Positions 24,603 to 38,329 of a stretch of 64,000 nt of DNA are shown here, in pieces. The position numbers and the translations under genes were made by a program. Location of the stretch: positions 1,767,023 to 1,831,022 of the forward strand of contig NMRA01000002.1 of assembly GCA_002633005.1 (NCBI GenBank), written 5' to 3'. Origin of the DNA: Phoronis australis (Eukaryota; Animalia; Phoronida). The number at the start of each line of letters is the position of its first letter. The first letter of the stretch is position 1. The notes under the pieces are model-generated. The model searched no databases. It had not been told where the DNA came from and saw only the letters and a list, made by a program, of their open reading frames with translations.

Positions 24603-25492
24603 GGGGCAAAATTCTTTGGACATAGACGACAAAATTATTACCTCAGGAACGTTTTCGACCTCCAAGGTCCGGCGATCATTTTCAAACTGATGTCTGTCGA
24701 TCGAATATCCGGGCGTGTGACGTCACGCTCGGAGTAGGCGGAGCTAGAAAATCGGTTCCCCCGAAAAGAATGGCGTTGCATGATGTTGTGTCCATTGTTT
24801 TGGAACCTGCACATAAATTATTAGTACTGGAGCATATAGATGCCGTCCACAATGGATGGAGCTACCCCACGTGGTCGTTTCGCAAAGTGAAAAGACAAAT
24901 GCTGAAGAAAACGCTCAAGAAAAGTGTTGAAGTTGTTGGTACAATTGTCGTGCCATACATCAACGTGTGCACAACATACCTAGTACTGAGAGACCCATTC
25001 GTACTCTCCGTAATTGTCTCGCCCACCTAAAGGACAGGAGAGACACACGTGATTACTGTCTACAAGGTTCCGCGCGCAAATTGTGATTGTGTATACATCG
25101 GTGAAGCGGGGAAGAAATTAAGCACGTGAATTGCGGATCATCGTAAGAAGTTAGAACAGGAAAGTAATAAACACTTCACCAGAGTTGAAGGGAGTGTGTC
25201 CGATAACATCGAGTACAAATCATCAATTATACGGACCATGATTTGGAAGGAAGTTACTGTCATCGACAATGACAACACTGCAGGAACAAAGACGTGGGGC
25301 AATTTCAGTTAACACTGCCTGCAACGCTATTCATTAGAGGAATCAATGTTCTAACTCCGCCTACTCCGATCGTGACGTCACACGTTCGGTCAGTCGACAG
25401 GCATCAGCTTGAAAATGACCGACATTACCACGAAGGTCGAAGACATTCAAAAAGTAAAGATTTATCGTCCGTGTCCAAAGAATTTTGCTCCA
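24603..25492 (+). mobile_element. Penelope-like element relic with inverted pseudo-LTRs
   Basis: GIY-YIG motif VYKVPRANCDCVYIGEAGKKLST*IADH at about 25058-25141. Segment 24603-24749 is an inverted copy of 25349-25492. Confidence 0.75.
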
Positions 25493-25653
25493 CACATGTA
25501 TGAAAATGTTAGTATTTTGAGTAAGAAACAAGCTGTGACCAAATTCACAGCAGTAAAAACGGTCAAAATCAAAGGCTCGTTTTGCGGGAACCTGGCTTTA
25601 TAGCCATTTAGGATCTCAAAAAACATACGCATAATTTCTTAAATATTCACTGT

Positions 25654-27404
25654 GTGTATTTATTCAGTAGAAGCGTCGGACAGTTATACAAATGCCATAC
25701 AATAGACTTTATTGAGATTTATAATGAAATAACAATTGACAAATACAAATTCATCCACCTAGCTTAAGATAACCTGCCGTGAAACACCACATTAATGCTT
25801 TTCAAAATCCTTGCGGTTCGGTAACCAGATTTACCCTCTTTTTACAAAACAAAACTATCCCCGGCCACCCGATCTTAATTACAACAAAATCGCCACCATC
25901 CGAATAACTTTAGGTAGCTATAAGGTAACCAACGTTTGACGTTATCATTTGATAGTTTAATAATCCCGTAAAAGTGTCGAGTGAACGTAAAAACTACAAT
26001 GATTATCCGAGTTTGTTTAGACGTTTACACACATATACGTCAAAAAGTGCAGGAAACAGCACAGATATTATCTTCTCATTTCCGGATGAAATTATTCCCG
26101 TATTCTATTAATCCGATGCGATTTTGGCAAAATCGAGCTCCAGCGCTTGACGTTTGGTTATAATCGATTAGTTTTCGATTTTAATGGGTCATCGGCCCAT
26201 TAATTTTATATACTGCAACATTGTTAAATATGACGGCTCTAACGTATGCGTCAATAATGGCCGATGTGAGTTTACTGCAAAGCACGCCGGTAATGGAAAT
26301 TTGCCTCACTGGCACTTGGGCAAAACCATACCGCCATTACTACGAATGGTTTCATCGGATAGAGTCGGTTCTCCGAATATGCATCGTTTTTCAATTAGTG
26401 AAGCTGACCTAGCACATATATAACCGTGTCTTTCACGTGATCTAAATTGTTATGCTTTTAGAAAATAAACATGGCCGCCGCCAAAGTACTACACTAAAAG
26501 TTTATCGACACTAAATTTCGTAAAAAGNGTGTATTTATTCAGTAGAAGCGTCGGACAGTTATACAAATGCCATACAATAGACTTTATTGAGATTTATAAT
26601 GAAATAACAATTGACAAATACAAATTCATCCACCTAGCTTAAGATAACCTGCCGTGAAACACCACATTATTGCTTTTCAAAATCCTTGCGGTTCGGTAAC
26701 CAGATTTACCCTCTTTTTACAAAACAAAACTATCCCCGGCCACCCGATCTTAATTACAACAAAATCGCCACCATCCGAATAACTTTAGGCAGCTATAAGG
26801 TAACCAACGTTTGACGTTATCATTTGATAGTTTAATAATCCCGTAAAAGTGTTGAGTGAACGTAAAAACTACAATGATTATCCGAGTTTGTTTAGACGTT
26901 TACACACATATACGTCAAAAAGTGCAGGAAACAGCACAGATATTATCTTCTCATTTCCGGATGAAATTATTCCCGTATTCTATTAATCCGATGCAATTTT
27001 GGCAAAATCGAGCTCCAGCGCTTGACATTTGGTTATAATCGATTAATTTTCGATTTTAATGGGTCATCGGCCCATTAATTTTATATACTGCAACATTGTT
27101 AAATATGACGGCTCTAACGTATGCGTCAATAATGGCCGATGTGAGTTTACTGCAAACCACGCCGGTAATGGAAATTTGTCTCACTGGCACTTGGGCAAAA
27201 CCATACCGCCATTACTACGAATGGTTTCATCGGATAGAGTCGGTTCTCCGAATATGCATCGTTTTTCAATTAGTGAAGCTGACCTAGCACATATATAACG
27301 TGCCTTTCACGTGATCTAAAATGTTATGCTTTTAGAAAATAAACATGGCCGCCGCCAAAGTACTACAACACTAAAAGTTTATCGACACTAAATTTCGTAA
27401 AAAG
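25654..27404. repeat. 875-bp near-identical tandem duplication separated by a single N
   Basis: 25654-26527 versus 26529-27404, N at 26528, only scattered SNPs and small indels. Confidence 0.9.
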
Positions 27405-27429
27405 GCAAAATACACCACCAGTGTTCACG

Positions 27430-27435
27430 TTTATT
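27430..27435 (-). terminator. Candidate aquaporin polyA signal AATAAA
   Basis: tttatt on the plus strand, 50 nt past the TGA stop. Confidence 0.45.
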
Positions 27436-27484
27436 GTCCTCTGACGAGTGTCTTAAAAGCCTGCCATTACCTTTTTGGCAACTT

Positions 27485-30400
27485 TCAAGGTAATCTCCGA
27501 TCAGGGGCAGCAAATACAAACCTGTAAAGAAACCCAAATAATAATCAAACATGAATTGTTAATACATGCGGTGGTACGATAACCGGCGCCATATTTTTCG
27601 CAAAGCTGCACAGTCAGACATTCGATCGCGTGGTGATCAGGTAGGTAAATAATTTCAGCAATTTTATCGTATTATTATTGCTCAAAAGTCAAAGCCAATG
27701 CATATCTGGCATAGGGGCGTAAAAATAACAATATACCGGTTTGCAAATAAAGGCAGATGCAGACATCCGCAATAGGAACATTTGCTGTAATACGTACTTG
27801 TCATTGTCAACTTATCATAAGGGTCAAACGGCGCCTTTCTGAAGGCACGTTTTGGTGCATTTGGCAAGTTACACTTACTATAAAGGACATTTCACACTCT
27901 TTCTAAAGCAACGGAATTAATAAAAATAGCAATTCTATGAACTGAATGTGTGGCGCAGTGAAATTCCAGACCAGTTCGAAAAAGGGGTTTTCTATTCGTT
28001 CCCAAGACTGAAATATGTGGGGCTATAGCCCCCCCCCCCAGCCCCCTACAGTGCGCCGCCTTGAGTACTGCAGGCGTCATGAGTGGTGCCAGCTCACGTT
28101 CTGTACAAGTCATTCACAAGAGACTGCGAGAAACTTTGGCTTATGGGACGGAAATACTGTGTTTATTTACGATTTCCCCATAATTCAATTTTCCAGACAA
28201 GCGACATTAGTCTTTCAAAGGCGTGATAGACAGTCAGCAATACGAGATCTGTCCTCGCAAACAAGAGTGTGGCAAAACCGAGGACTCTGTTGCCTGTTTT
28301 AGCTTCCGCTAATTAGAGGTTCTCTGATTCAGGGGAACAGTTAGTGGAGAAGATTGACCTCAGTTGTTTTCTGTACGTCACAGAACGCAAGATACTTATT
28401 TACAGGTGTGTTACGTGTCAAGCGTGATCTCTCTAAACTCGCAAGTGGCTTGCCGCCACCTGTTTGCAGCGCAACCAAATATACCAACGTCCATGCCACC
28501 TACCGGTAAAACAATGAAGCCAATATGGATCCAAGCAAAGGTCCGACCCAATTGATGTAATGATAAGTCCACACGCCAGGTTTGACAATCCCAGCAACAA
28601 TCGCTGGCCCCAAACTTCGGGCGGGATTCATGGAAGCGCCGCTGATATTGGCACTGTAATATAGGCATGATTTATGAAATCAGTTCAAATCTTCACTGCG
28701 CTGCAGTGTGCAGTGTACAACGGATATTAGGTACGAAAAGGACTGTGGACATCTTTTATATTAACCGCGTTTTTGGTAATTAAACACTCTGGTGAACATG
28801 ATGAAGTTCAAAGCGTTGAAATGTTTTACGGTGTCAGGTTTTAACACTAATTCAAATTTCTATAAGTTTTTGGTTCGATACGTAGGCTAAATGTTTCCCA
28901 AAATGCCACAACAGTTGCTGTTTATAAACCATTTGAATACTATTTCTAATTTCTAATAACAAATTATTTATTTTGAAAAATATTTTCCGTTATTTTTTAT
29001 TATGGCGTTAAAAAATAGCCCGACATCAAATTTCACAATGACGTCACACTAACAAACCAAGTATTGCACGATGACACTTGGCTTACCTCAATTTTCAACT
29101 ACAACCTGCTGCTTAGGTAACTGTTCCAATTCAATTAAGTTGCACAAACGGCATAAATATTGCAAAACAAAATACTGGCAACATTGTTCAAAAGTTGTAG
29201 TTTGTAAAAATTACATTTCTTGTCCGACTTTAAAAATTCAAGATCCATAACCACCAGTGTTTTTCACGAACTATTCAAACATGCTATTCAAAAACTTTCA
29301 GAACCAAAATTTAAAAAGTACTATTATCGCCCCCAGTGGGTTTACGATGTGCGTGATTATTTAGAGAACGACAACAACGGTCTGTGGCGTCCACAGGCGA
29401 TGTAATAGCGGATTTGCAGCGACGCCATATTGAAATTAGGTTAATATGGTGCATTGTGGATGCTGTGGTCAGGATTCCGAAAGCGGCCATAGTAACAAGC
29501 ATAATACGCGGTATGAGCGCGACTGAGAAAACTTACGGCGGATACACTTGTTGTGTTCCTGGCTGCTTCAAAAACAACAAGAGAGATAAAAATATGAGTT
29601 TTTATGTGTTCCCTGCAAACCAAGAACTTTGTGAAAAATGGATAAACAACTTAGGAGAGCTGGGAGTAAGGGAAGATTTAGCGCATTAAAACCAACGCGG
29701 GGCCATCTAGTAGGCAACACGTAACCCCTCGGTTGGCCATATAGGGGCCACAATACTTCCATTCGCTTTCTGTATTCATTTCTTTACTTCAGTGTAGTTT
29801 AAACTGGCCGTGACCGGATTTGGGATACCGATTTCGAGTTTTCACCTCGTCAAAAATACAATCTACAATTAAAACTTTAAAAAACACTTACTTTCATCAT
29901 TGGTCCTTTCTACTTCTACACATATCTTTGATGAAGCTTAGTTGTGAGAATTAAGTTGACTTTGGTGAAGAATTACAACTTCACTTTTTTGGTTGCCGTT
30001 AATTTTATCACCGCGTGCGCGATAACCACAAAGCATGTCAACTGAATCACGTGAGTTAGGCAAAGGTTAGCGCGAGACTGAGCGAAGCGCGTGACGCTAG
30101 CGCGCGACACTTGTAAAATAGCATGAGAAGGTATCGGGGAAACTTGTAAGATGTGTGTCCCTTGGACTTTTTATTCGTCAACATGCGTAATTTCACCTAA
30201 CTTCCTCAAAATGGCAACCGGTAACTGAGAGAAACTCGAGCAAACCGCGACAGGTTTTCATCGATTTGTTCAAGTTTTGCTGACTAAACTGTATCCAAAG
30301 TCGTGGTATGTGTTAATTATAACTCCGTGTTCCTATAGGTATGGTTCATGTGATTTTATTTGCTGTATTTTGAAATGAGTAACTTTTTGTGAGGATGTAC

Positions 30401-33400
30401 TATCGCCCCTGAATGCCTGCGGCATCAAAAGATCCAGTGCGATGTAATTGCCTAGGGGCCATCGTGTGTGCAGCGAACATTTTCCTGGTGGAAAAAAGAC
30501 TTATGAGAACAACATTCGGACGGAGTTTCCTCTTAAAATTAACGTCTCTAGCATATCCACGGCGAAAGCTACAAAAATTAAGCAACCCAAGAACTCTCAA
30601 CTTGTCTGAAACCGGAGGAGATTTCGAAATCAACGCCGATGAATATGACGAGTCCTCGGTCACACGGTCACTGATCATAGCTACGCTGTGTTTACAAACG
30701 AAAGAAAGGACTTGCTTGGTATTATAAAGCAAAAAAATGAAACACAGTTTTTAGTTTGCAAATCACTCCAAATGCACACAGTATCCAGCCTGCTCAAGAC
30801 ATGCCTGACCACAAGCTATCCCATGAGCCTTCGCGAAGGAAGTAACTCGCACATGCGCAATGCGTAATTCGTCTGCGCTGCAAATCCGCTATTGCCTACA
30901 AGTATTTGGTGTCTTTAAAAAATTGCGGCGGATTTCGCGATAAGCGAACCCGTCGAGTTACCCAACCTCGACCGGTGAGGTTGAAGGTAGTATTCTTTTC
31001 ATGGCAAGATGCAAATACAAGTGTAAGTGTGATTTATCTCAAACGCCAAATTTGAATTCATAAGATTCACATAAACTACATTTGTTTCACAGTCCCAACA
31101 AAAATCACCACCTGGTGAAATGCTGCGTTGTAATCGTGATCTTGAAATTGGAGAGTTTTTGAAGAGATCAAATAACGCATTCTTATGTTAAGTCGTTTGA
31201 ACTAAAATTGCTCTAAAACTAAGCTGTTGTCATCTAATTTATCATGCGCGCACCCAGGGGGGCGAAGTGGGCAAAAAGGTCCGCCTCAGAGAAACAAAAC
31301 CTCTGAAAAAATAGAAAACACGTCAAAAGTCCACTAAACAGACAGGAATTCGGTGAGTGCACAATTCATAGATCTGAACGTACCTCGTTTTTTTTTTGGT
31401 AAAAGGTCCACATTTTCAAAAATTCGAACCCCCCTATTTTTTAAGCTGGGTGCGCGCATGTAATTTTGTGCGCCTTTACCAGATTCTCAGTACTTACGTG
31501 GCCAAAATGTCAACGGCTACTGTGATGCCGATAGCCAGCGGTGCCAAAACGTTCTTCCCCTTGGTGTCAAGGGCAGTTCCAAGAACCACGCTAACCAAAG
31601 CCGCCGTAGTTAATGTTTCACACAGTATACCCATTCCTGGACTTGCAGACGGGTAGTTAAGCGTGTTGGCTCCACCCCCTATGGCGAAGTACGTCGCATT
31701 ATTCATGGCACCCTGTGAAGATGATCAGAGACAAGGGCTTATTAAATGCTGTCCCTAGTTCAATTTCTCGTCATTGCCGTTACATTAGGTGTCGCTTCAA
31801 AAACCTCTGTGTCAACAAATGGATGAACCACAAATCCAATATGCATGAAATGCACACCGACGAAGAAAGTTTATAGTTACCAAACAATATGAATTATTGG
31901 AAAATACAGAAATAACCCAAACTGTTGTTGAACATTTTACAGGAAACACGAAGTGTAATTGCTCTGCCCATTCCAGTGACAACGCTCGGTATTGGCCACG
32001 GGATTGCAGTCGAATAACCCTCACTTTCAGGGTTTTAGCAAAAATAAAATCTACCAAAGAGCACGGCTTACAAGCTTGAGGCACATGAGAGCCTCGCCTG
32101 GGACACCACCTAGCCATATGGTTCTATAATGAAAGCTAAGCGCACCGCAGGAAATCCATACCTTGACGCAGGCTGCACCAATGATACCTCCGATACATTG
32201 TGAAATTACATAGAAGATGGCGAGGACCGGTTTTATACCTCCAGTCAGAACAAGTCCCAAGGTGACCGCGGGATTAAAATGGCCGCCACTACAACGAAGA
32301 AAGAAACTGCAATTTAGCAAGAATTCATTCATATGCATACAGGAACCTCGAAAAATTATCAATAACAAAGTCAGTCATTATGATAACTTATAAGTAAAAC
32401 TGTATTATTCGACATTAGTGTAGGCTGGTACCCGCGCAGACCTATTCAGTGGACCTCACTTCTACACCCTTCATCAGGTCTCCAGCTCCTCATCTCGGTC
32501 TTAATTTGAGAATATGTCTTCAGTGGCGGATTTAAGGGGGTTCAAGCGGGCCATGGCCGCCCTAAAATTCTCCCATATTCCATTTGACACTTCGGGGGTG
32601 CGAATGTCTCAAAATCCTGGCTAATACTCTGCCCTGCCTCCCCCTCCCTAACTCGAACTCCTGGATCCCTCCCTGGTCTATATATGTGTCTACAAGACTT
32701 CAGACATATGTCTAGTGACTCAGCGGTTGTTTTTTTTTACATTTGTTCCAAATGCGGCGTAGGCATTGAATTGGAGGAGATACACATTGCCTCATCTTTC
32801 TCTGAAAATGCATCTCTGTATTTCAAAATGCGTTGCCAATAAACAAACCTGGGACATGTACGAATTTTAAACGAACACCGAAGAGACTACAAAAGCTGCA
32901 GTTTGTTTACGTGACTACAGGGCTGCGATTTGTAGACTATAAGACGCCAGTTTGCACTTGTGGTGAAACATTTTTACTCATGGAACGGGACAGTGAACTA
33001 ATTCCCACAATTCAACTCTCTAACCTCACCGGCCGATTACTTCAGAGGCCGCCATGATGGTAGTAAGCTCCCGAGCATATTCGCGAAACATTAACCTCTT
33101 TCCGGCCTCCAGTGGGCAGTCGGCTTCGTGAAAGAACGAAAATATTGTCAAGTTCATAATTGTGTTGACTGCCTTACTTGGAAAGTCACGACTACCCTGA
33201 TAGCTGTCGGTACTCCCCGCTTTTAAAAAGGCTGTAGAGAATACACGAAATACTACTTGTTTGTTCTTCTGTCAGTAATTATTTGTAGAGAATGAATTAT
33301 TTTTATTTTTATGTATCCTACAAGCGGCCACGAAGACAAGAGTACAGGCTGTAGGATAATGTTTGTATCAGAGTTGTGCATTTAGTTCGAACTGACGGCC

Positions 33401-35291
33401 AGTAAAGTACACACACGTAAAGGTGTTGTCGTTAACTGAGAGCCATAGCAGGTCAGAGTTACTTAGTCTTTCATGTAGCAACACGTACAATGCGGTATTT
33501 TCGCAACCTTAAAGTTCCCAATGAACGCGAACTTGTGCCACATGGCAAGGCACGCCACTTTTAAATGGGAGCATGGTTGGAGAGTGCCTAAAAATTAACA
33601 CATGCGCAAGAAAAATCACTAGGAGGCGAAATTGTTGTTCCCGGCGAATAATGTTTCCCCATCCTAACTTTGGGAGGTCTTCCTATATCTTGCTTTTTTC
33701 GCAAGAAACGTGATAGACAGAACACTCTATAGTTATACTGGAAACTGGAAACATTTAGACATCAACAGTGACCTTGACATTCAGGGTCGCCCTAGCTTCC
33801 CATGTCCCCTCTAAATCTGCCAATGTACATGTATCGCAGAAGCATGGGTCTCTCAACGTTCATTGTCTTCTGGGGTGCAGAGAATCATATCGAAATTGAG
33901 AGGCACGACCATGGAGTTGTTTCCACCTATTACATGAAAATAGTAAGAGTCTCATTTGTTATTCAGTTGCCCCCTGTCATTCCAAAGTAGCACACCTTAA
34001 AAGCAATTCCTAACAGAGTTCGGAGAACAATTCGTAAAGGACAAATCGAGTTTCTTTTGAATCCCATCAACCATCTATGGTATTTCCAAAACTTGGATTC
34101 TTTCCAGGATCTCGCATAACAATGTAGTCACCAGTTATCGGATTTAGGGACCCAAAATGATAGTTTGTGTATAGTAAAGTTAGCACACGTGTATATACAA
34201 GCTGGAGACTCACAATTATTGTATTGGTGAGTTTGGTCACATACAGATACCGGCTGATGTCACTAAATTAAGGACAGTGCTCATTATGTAGGTATCGGTT
34301 ATTGGATTTAGAGGCCCAAAAATTACAGTAATGTATTGGTAAGCCACTGAGTTGGTTTTTATTTCAGCAATTGACACATTTCCCTCAATACGCAATTTGA
34401 GCATGCCCAATAAAAAGAAGAAACATCCATTCAATCCGAACAAGCGACACAAATAAGGCAAGGCAGAGCTACGTATCAACAAAATGATTATAATAATATG
34501 CATAGAAATGGAAAATGCATTAGGAATGCAGGGTAGTCAAAGCTACAAGGTCATCAAAAGCGAAGTGACCGTGCGTGATAGTATATTACTGGGGAAAGAT
34601 AAATAATCGCTGGGTCAACTATATTTAACAACGTGGCTACAGTAAATATGTGTCTACTTATTAACCATGAACATAATTGTATCCAGTAAAGAGCTCGAAT
34701 GAGGTATAAATAGATTGGTACAGATCAAATATTACATTACTAGCATCAAAACCCTGATATGAATCCTCAAATATTCATCTGTTTTAAATTTTGTTACAGT
34801 GAACGCAGTATTTTTATTTAAGCAGATGGAATGAACTGCCAGTGAAACGTCAAATAATTTATACGACAGCATTAATCAGTTATTCATTTTGACAGGAACA
34901 GAGTATTGCTGAAAGCCATGCCACAGCAATATAATTTTCAGGGCCCAGTTTTCAAGAAATCATGGCTAATAACGGTGGCCAGTCGCAAAACTATTGAAGT
35001 CATTGGTGTGTAATTAATGATAATTATAGGAAAATTTAAAATCATTTCTTTCTACCTTATATGACCCAAACTTGCAACAAGAAGGAATATGGTGAATCCG
35101 TGACCCAGCGCCGCTCCAATTGTTCCACTGCCGCCGCCAATGGACATACAGCCAATAAACACAAACATAAGCAGACCAAATGCCTCAGCAATGCAGGGGG
35201 CTATAACAACAGAGAAGATTGATCCCTTTTCGTCGTCAACGTTTCCGATAAGCTTTTCCGTCATGCTTGTTCCTCCCTTTTCGTCCGCCAT
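27485..35291 (-). CDS. AQP8: Aquaporin-8-like MIP channel, isoform from proximal first exon 1a (5 exons, 254 aa)
   Basis: Exons (minus strand) 35291-35056, 32288-32162, 31712-31498, 28653-28504, 27521-27485, all GT-AG with continuous frame (765 nt). Motifs [10 protein letters not shown] and [14 protein letters not shown]. The PC.AE..G..FVFIGC and AL.HG segments resemble AQP8. Confidence 0.92.
29404..30893 (+). mobile_element. Deleted PIF/Harbinger-ISL2EU-like DNA transposon with THAP-domain pseudogene (aquaporin intron 3)
   Basis: Perfect 18-bp TIR aatagcggatttgcagcg (29404-29421 and 30876-30893). THAP motifs CCVPGC...FYVFP...W at 29513-29650 and VCSEHF...DHSY at 30467-30686. The superfamily call is inferred. 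Confidence 0.7.
29708..30454. mobile_element. Non-autonomous insertion with 9-bp TSD nested in the THAP ORF
   Basis: ggggccatc is duplicated at 29699-29707 and 30455-30463. Termini are TAG...CTA with a short inverted taggcaa/ttgccta. Confidence 0.75.
31243..31460. mobile_element. hAT-like MITE
   Basis: TIR catgcgcgcacccag/ctgggtgcgcgcatg; degenerate 8-bp TSD taatttat/taattttg. Confidence 0.65.
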
Positions 35292-38064
35292 GATACTGCC
35301 GACAGCTTTTGTTTACTGAGGCGTGCCAGTGGGTTTGTCTTTGACAATGATTGGGTCTGTAGTGAGCTCTGCTGTCGTGCAGCTTGTATTGAGGAACTTT
35401 TCCGCCGTACAGGCACCTGCTTCACGTTTAAGTACAGTGAGACTCATAAGTAGTATCACCGATCCACTGCTTGCTGCATATGCGGGCAAAGAAGGCGTGA
35501 CGCGATTTCAACTGAATAATCGTTAGCCAGCGACAGACCAGAAAATTTCTACGGGAATGCTGATCGACTTCTAAAAACTGCAGTCTCGTCTGACGTGTGC
35601 AACGAAGGAAATGTCGAGTCAAAATTTTGTCCGTAATTGTTCAGACTACATGTAGGCCTAAATGACGTCAGTTTTGGTGAAAATGTTATGTAATAAAACT
35701 TGCTTGGTCATGCTCTAACACTGATAACAGGGATTGGAGTCTGTGACAATCGGGATTCTGATAATTATCAAGTCGGTCATTACCGTCTTTCACAGCGCCA
35801 CCTTTGGCTAACATTAGCTTCTACTTGAAGACGGACAATCCGTTTTATGTCTGAAACAACACGAATGCGAGTTTTGGGCTATTATTGGTTAGGATAGACT
35901 TCTTGAAGTTATTACCTTCAACCAGAGATATGAAAGAGCAAAATGCTTGTTCTTTTTGTCATTGTAATAGGAATTGCCCAGGCAGTCAGAACGGCTACCG
36001 GCCAAATTAATCCGAAATCCAGGGCGTCGAGGCCTGTCGCCAGGCCGAATTAACCTAGGCTATGGTTCGTCTTAGGCTGCTAAATGACCGACGCGGACGA
36101 TGTCCGGTGCAGAACAAAGTCGATGAAAAGTCAAAATCTAATTTCCTATTATTTTGTACATTTGAAGCAGAGGCGCGATGAAACCGACTAACACACTGAA
36201 GGAGTAACTTAATCGGGAACGAAATCGGGAAAACTCTACTGCCGTGCAAGACATGTTGGACATTTTCAAGCGTAACCTCTCAACTAATTTTTAAAATCCT
36301 TCAATATTTTCATCGTTTGACTAGTTAATCGAGTGAATGTTTCGCTGTTAATCTTAAAAATTTGTGGTTGATCTCAGCTGATATGTAAAACTCGATTTTC
36401 CAAATGACCAGTGCGTTTAAACCCGCGTCGATCATTGTAATTTACAACTGCTATCTATGGGGACATTACGCTTGAAATCGTATTTGGGCTATGTGAGCTT
36501 GCGATAGTTTAGTAGTCATTGAGGTTTATATGGTTCAACAGGGGGTCGAAGTTCACTGGGTTTGCAGATTTTATGAAAATGAGGCAAACTTAAAACGTTC
36601 AGGGGCGGAAGGTGTGACGTCACCGTAGTCGTAAAACCCAGGAGCTCTCGCCATCGTCTCGCCACATATTCTTTGGGGAATTATGAGGAATCAAAAGTTG
36701 TATCTGCAAGATCAGCAGTTAAATCATGTTTTAGAAGGCACGCGATCAATATTTTAACTTACTTGGTTCTCACATAGTGTGGCATTATCTCGAGATTACT
36801 TTTGTTGAAATTTGGCGGTTTGAACGTATACGTTAGTGCAAGCATATTAAATCACCGCCATATTGTTTGGAGAAGTCGCTAAATGTGTTGTAATTCGACT
36901 TTCTGTTGGTATCGAATTATTATTACGTAAAAACTTCAACAACTGTCGAGTGCAATCTGAGATTAAATTTCGTGTAATTTTGTTCAAATTTTCGCATTTT
37001 ATTCATGTTGCACCGTAACCGATTACTGATGACCGCCACGGAGAAATCCGTGTGTGGCTGCAGTCTGCGAATTGTATGTTTCAGGAACGAGATGAAAACG
37101 TGCAGTATATTGTTTTATCTTGAATTAGAGAATTGGTCGACTTATCGTGTTCGGGCTGAAGCTGTTGCAATTTATGGGACAATATGCTTACGCATTTTGT
37201 GGTCTCAAATTCAGACTCATCTAGCACGGTTACGATCTCAAAAATAAGAGCATTTGTGTCTCTCATATCCTGTAATTTTTAGACAAATATTTATCCTGTT
37301 CCGCTCGTCTAGGGTTAGTAACAGTGTGGATGCTGCTTGCAATGGGGCAACTAGACACACGTCATTGGAATAACTTTTGGCTTCACCTTATCGATGTAGG
37401 ACAGCTTCTTCTACAGTAAATTTCTCCAACGCAAGTCGTAGTGTAGATGCAAACCTGAAGACGAGGCGGAAGTAATTACCATAGACCGGTGAGCCCGTAG
37501 TACTTTGCATAGATGAACGAGGTACCGACCTGACCACCGGAGAACTTAGAGTGCACGCCCGTATGTACGCAATCGATATCTCAGGCCTATGCATTCTGGA
37601 TGTGGCCCCTTGAGACCTTACAAGAGGACCAAAAATGAGCTAGATTAGAAAGGTTCCGGCCAAAACTGATTCAAAACCAACAATCCTGCCGCACTGAAAA
37701 CCGAATGACTCATGACAGACAAATTGCACCCTGGAAAGGGACGGATAGAAACCAAAAAACGACACCCCCAAAAAAACTAGATAACCCGAGATACCACAAA
37801 ATTTGCGCTAAATCGAGAAATCATAAAAATAATTTCTAATGAGTCTTTTCATTCCATCGGCCTACTCATCATCGTTTTTAAAGAAAAGCAACAAACGAAT
37901 TTTTAAAGATTGATGTTTAGTCAAAATAAGTTAGAAATAGCCAGAACGACACTTCATACTAAACCAATGAACGCATAACAAAATAATCACTCTCACGTTG
38001 ACGATGACATCGCGCTAAAGTCAATAGTAGTTAGTTTTGATACAGGGATTTTCATTAGATAAGC

Positions 38065-38305
38065 CCATGGGCGTGTATTCGGAAAATGACAATTTTCGGG
38101 TGTTTTAGTAACACAAAATAAACGCCCGGGCGTTTATTCGGAAAGATGGGGGCGTTTACATGAAAAATCTCAGCTTTGCTGACTTTGACATTTTTTACTT
38201 AAAACAGTGCTTTTAAGTTTTATTTCATGTTAATAAATGCATAGTTCGTAAACTCTTTTCCCATGGGCGTTTATTGGGCATACTTTTCCGAATAAACGCC
38301 CATGG
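38065..38305. mobile_element. Small TIR element with repeated ataaacgccc/gggcgtttatt motifs (Tc1/mariner-like MITE)
   Basis: ccatgggcgtgtattcggaaaa versus ttttccgaataaacgcccatgg; internal palindrome aataaacgcccgggcgtttatt. Confidence 0.6.
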
Positions 38306-38329
38306 TCATTTCATCGGGTGGACTTATCT

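Noticed and set aside
25981-27298. Duplicated short ORFs suggesting tandem genes
   Set aside because: They arise from the 875-bp duplication and show no recognisable motifs or splice structure.
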